From Gekko japonicus (taxonomy: Eukaryota), in assembly GCF_001447785.1 (NCBI RefSeq), contig NW_015163638.1, forward strand, positions 221,687-285,686: a DNA stretch of 64,000 nt, read 5' to 3'. Numbering within the stretch: position 1 is the stretch's first letter; the number at the start of each line of letters is the position of its first letter. The position numbers and the translations under genes were made by a program. The notes under the pieces were generated by a model. The model did not search any database. It worked only from the letters and a program-made list of their open reading frames with translations, and was not told the DNA's origin. Positions 61,576 through 64,000 of the stretch are shown here, in pieces.

Positions 61576-62330
61576 TTACTGCGTAGCCGAAGACAGAATG
61601 TGATGTCCCATGTTGGTATTGGCATTGGTACGGACGTCTAGGGCGTAGTGCCTGATGAAGGTGTTCGGCGTGGCCCAGGTAGCGGCTTTGCAGATGTCCG
61701 TTATTGGCACTCCCTGGAGGAAGGCAGTGGAAGTCGCGACAGCCCTGGTAGAGTGAGCTCTGACAGGGCCAGGTGATGGCTGTTTGGCGAGTAGGTAACA
61801 TAGATGGATTAGACCTACAATCCACTTTGACAGGCGCTGGGCCATGTACCCAGACGTGCCGGAGCGTACGAGACGAAAAGTTGTGAGTCTCATCTAGTTG
61901 GATATGTTCTAGTGAGGTAGAACAGGAGAGCCCGCTTCACGTCCAAGGTGTGTAATAATCTGTCCTCTGCTGACGTTGGGTTTGGGAAGAAGTCAGGGAG
62001 GAAGACCTCCGCCTGCAGGTGGAACTCTGACACCACCTTCGGGAGGAAAGAGATGTCCGGAACGAGGCGGACGTCTGGGAGAAAGGACAGGAAAGGTGTA
62101 TCGTGCCGGAAAGCCAATATTTCTCCCACTCGCCTAGCCGAGGTGACAGCAATTTAAAAGGCCGTTTTTTATGCTAGAAGTTTGAGGTCGCATGTTGCGA
62201 GCGGCTCAAAGGGCTTCCTCGTGAGCTGGTAGAGAACTAGAGGAAGATCCCAGGGAACAACTGGAGTTTTGACAGGAGGGTAGAGATGCAATAAACCTTT
62301 TAAAAAACGTTTTGAAAGTGGATGGGAAAA
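61576..62330 (-). pseudogene. DIRS tyrosine recombinase remnant
   Basis: Fragments ..SKRFLKGL..PWDLPLVL.., AVTSARRVGEILA..LDVKRALLFY.., ..HSTRAVATS..AATW..TFIRHYALDV, interrupted by stops and deletions. Confidence 0.8.
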
Positions 62331-62721
62331 CAGTGTGCATCCGTCAACTCGCATTTTGAGCCTGGCGAAGACGAGAACTGACGTAGTTGCAGCCATCAGG
62401 CCTAATAGCCTCTGGATTTGGAAGGCAGTGACGGAGGGTTGGATACGGATGTCTGTGGCTAGGGAAATGATATCTGCTGCCCTGTCTTGGGGCAGGTAAG
62501 CCATGCATGTCTGTGAATCCAGTATCAACTGTCTTTGATCCCACAACATTGGTGTGTGTGGGGGGTAGGAAGACTCTGGGGGAGCGACTTCTGGACCGTG
62601 GACATCTGGGAGACAAAGCGTTAGCTTGTCTGTGGCCATTGTCCCTGTAACATCGGTCGTCGATATCGACAGATTGAGTGTGCAGACAAGGAGGGTGATG
62701 CTGCGTGTCACATGAGGTATA

Positions 62722-63402
62722 TCAGTGCCGACATGGATCGATGTCGGGAGCTTCTGATACCGTCAATGTCGATGACGGAGAAGGAGACGGAGAATGCTCT
62801 GCATCCATCTGATGACTTAGGAGCTCTACCGTTTCGATGTCGGAGTAAGGAGGCTCTGTTTGGTGGACAGGGGAGTCCAATACATGGATGGTCTGTATCG
62901 GTGAAGGGACTTGGGCCTCCGATATCGATACTGCCGTTGGAGTGGGAGGTACTATAGGGGCATCACCCAGTGTAGGCACCGCTTCCTTCCCCTTCTTCGC
63001 CGCCTTAAGGGACTTCGAGGTGCCCTTCTTTGCTGACTTAAGCTCTGTACTTGCCTTAGCCTTCTTTTTGACTGGTGTGGAGGTGGACGATCGTGCCTTT
63101 GATATCAGGAGCTTCGGTGTCAGGCGGTCGACATCGGAGGCAGGTCTTGATGCCGGAGCTGTCGATGTAGACGGTCTCTCCTCCATCTCTGAGGCAGGAG
63201 CAAGGGCCGATTCAAGCAGCGCCACTTTACGGCGCACAGCACGGTTCTTCCTCATTTGGTTGGAGAAGCGAGCACAGTGACGACAGGACTCTGGCTTGTG
63301 AGACTCTCCGAGGCAAAAAATGCAGAGGGTATGACGGTCGGGAGGAGCAAGTTTGCTACGACAATGCTTGCATCTGTTGAAAAATCCCCACTTCTTCTCC
63401 AT
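62722..63402 (-). CDS. DIRS gag-like ORF1 N-terminal part (truncated)
   Basis: 226-aa ORF starting FNRCKHC..DRHTLCIFCLGESHKPESCRHC, then low-complexity S/P/K-rich region. Confidence 0.6.
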   Translation of the reverse strand: MEKKWGFFNRCKHCRSKLAPPDRHTLCIFCLGESHKPESCRHCARFSNQMRKNRAVRRKVALLESALAPASEMEERPSTSTAPASRPASDVDRLTPKLLISKARSSTSTPVKKKAKASTELKSAKKGTSKSLKAAKKGKEAVPTLGDAPIVPPTPTAVSISEAQVPSPIQTIHVLDSPVHQTEPPYSDIETVELLSHQMDAEHSPSPSPSSTLTVSEAPDIDPCRH

Positions 63403-64000
63403 AAAGAAGTGAAGTGGAGGGAACGGTTGGGGGGGGGGGGTAGCGCCAAGTCCCGGGTAGCTCGAAGTACTGAGGTAAATTCCCCTCAGAAGAAAATAAA
63501 GGGTTTTTTTTAATTTTTGAAGAACAAATGACTAAAACAGAAAAATAAAGTATGGAAATACTTCTTAAAAGCTGTGAGGCAAAAGCGAACAGCGAACCGA
63601 TCAGACCGACAAAGAAAGAGGTCTTTCCAACGCGGCGGTAAGAAAGGAACTGGCGGGATGTCCGCGCCCACCCCTCTGGGCATGCGCGGTGGGGTTCCTG
63701 CACATGCCCGAGGGACTGGGCGCGAAAATCCGTTAAAAGAGCTTGCTACAGCACCGATCGATCTAGCGCGTGCGCACTAGATCCCATGGGTGTGAAGCAC
63801 AGAGATCACATCGAATATCATATACTTGTACGCTTTGCCAAAATGCTTTAAACACATTTTTAAATAATAAATAAAATATATGTTTAAAAAGACTGCTTGA
63901 TGCATCTGTGGTTTCACACATTCTGCAGGAGTTATGTTTCATGTGCATTATTTAAGGGGCATAACTAATTACCATACAATCCCAGCATGAAAGTTTTACA

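Larger units (their letters stand above)
61237..63815 (-). mobile_element. DIRS tyrosine-recombinase retrotransposon, internally deleted
   Basis: ITRs (~61278-61440 vs ~63645-63810); ICR 61510-61532; Cys/His-rich gag-like ORF 62722-63402; RT/RNase H remnant; YR remnants with ARRVGE, HSTR, W and RHY. Confidence 0.9.

Overview
Vertebrate genomic DNA from a squamate reptile; the SINE complement suggests a lizard, possibly a gecko. It is not prokaryotic, and almost all ORFs in the supplied track are spurious or exon read-throughs. Three genes are present. (1) The 3' three-quarters of DNAJC13/RME-8 on + (exons equivalent to human 13-56, 1969-43139, GT-AG introns in continuous phase), plus a 15-nt candidate microexon; exon 53 has lost its 5' ~12 codons in this sequence. 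(2) The last seven exons of ACAD11 on - (52767 to stop at 45459), convergent with DNAJC13. (3) The single coding exon of ACKR4/CCRL1 on + (58896-59957), nested antisense in an ACAD11 intron. Introns contain an L1-type LINE 3' end, CR1 and L2 fragments, tRNA- and 5S-derived SINEs, hAT-type MITEs with 8-bp TSDs, Penelope-like relics with decayed hammerhead cores, and an internally deleted DIRS retrotransposon that keeps its ITRs and ICR. There are two assembly gaps. Exon numbers and human comparisons come from recalled human sequences, not a database search. I found no wholly new gene system; the best leads are the ACKR4 TM3 substitutions, the microexon, the exon 53 lesion and the minimal DIRS.
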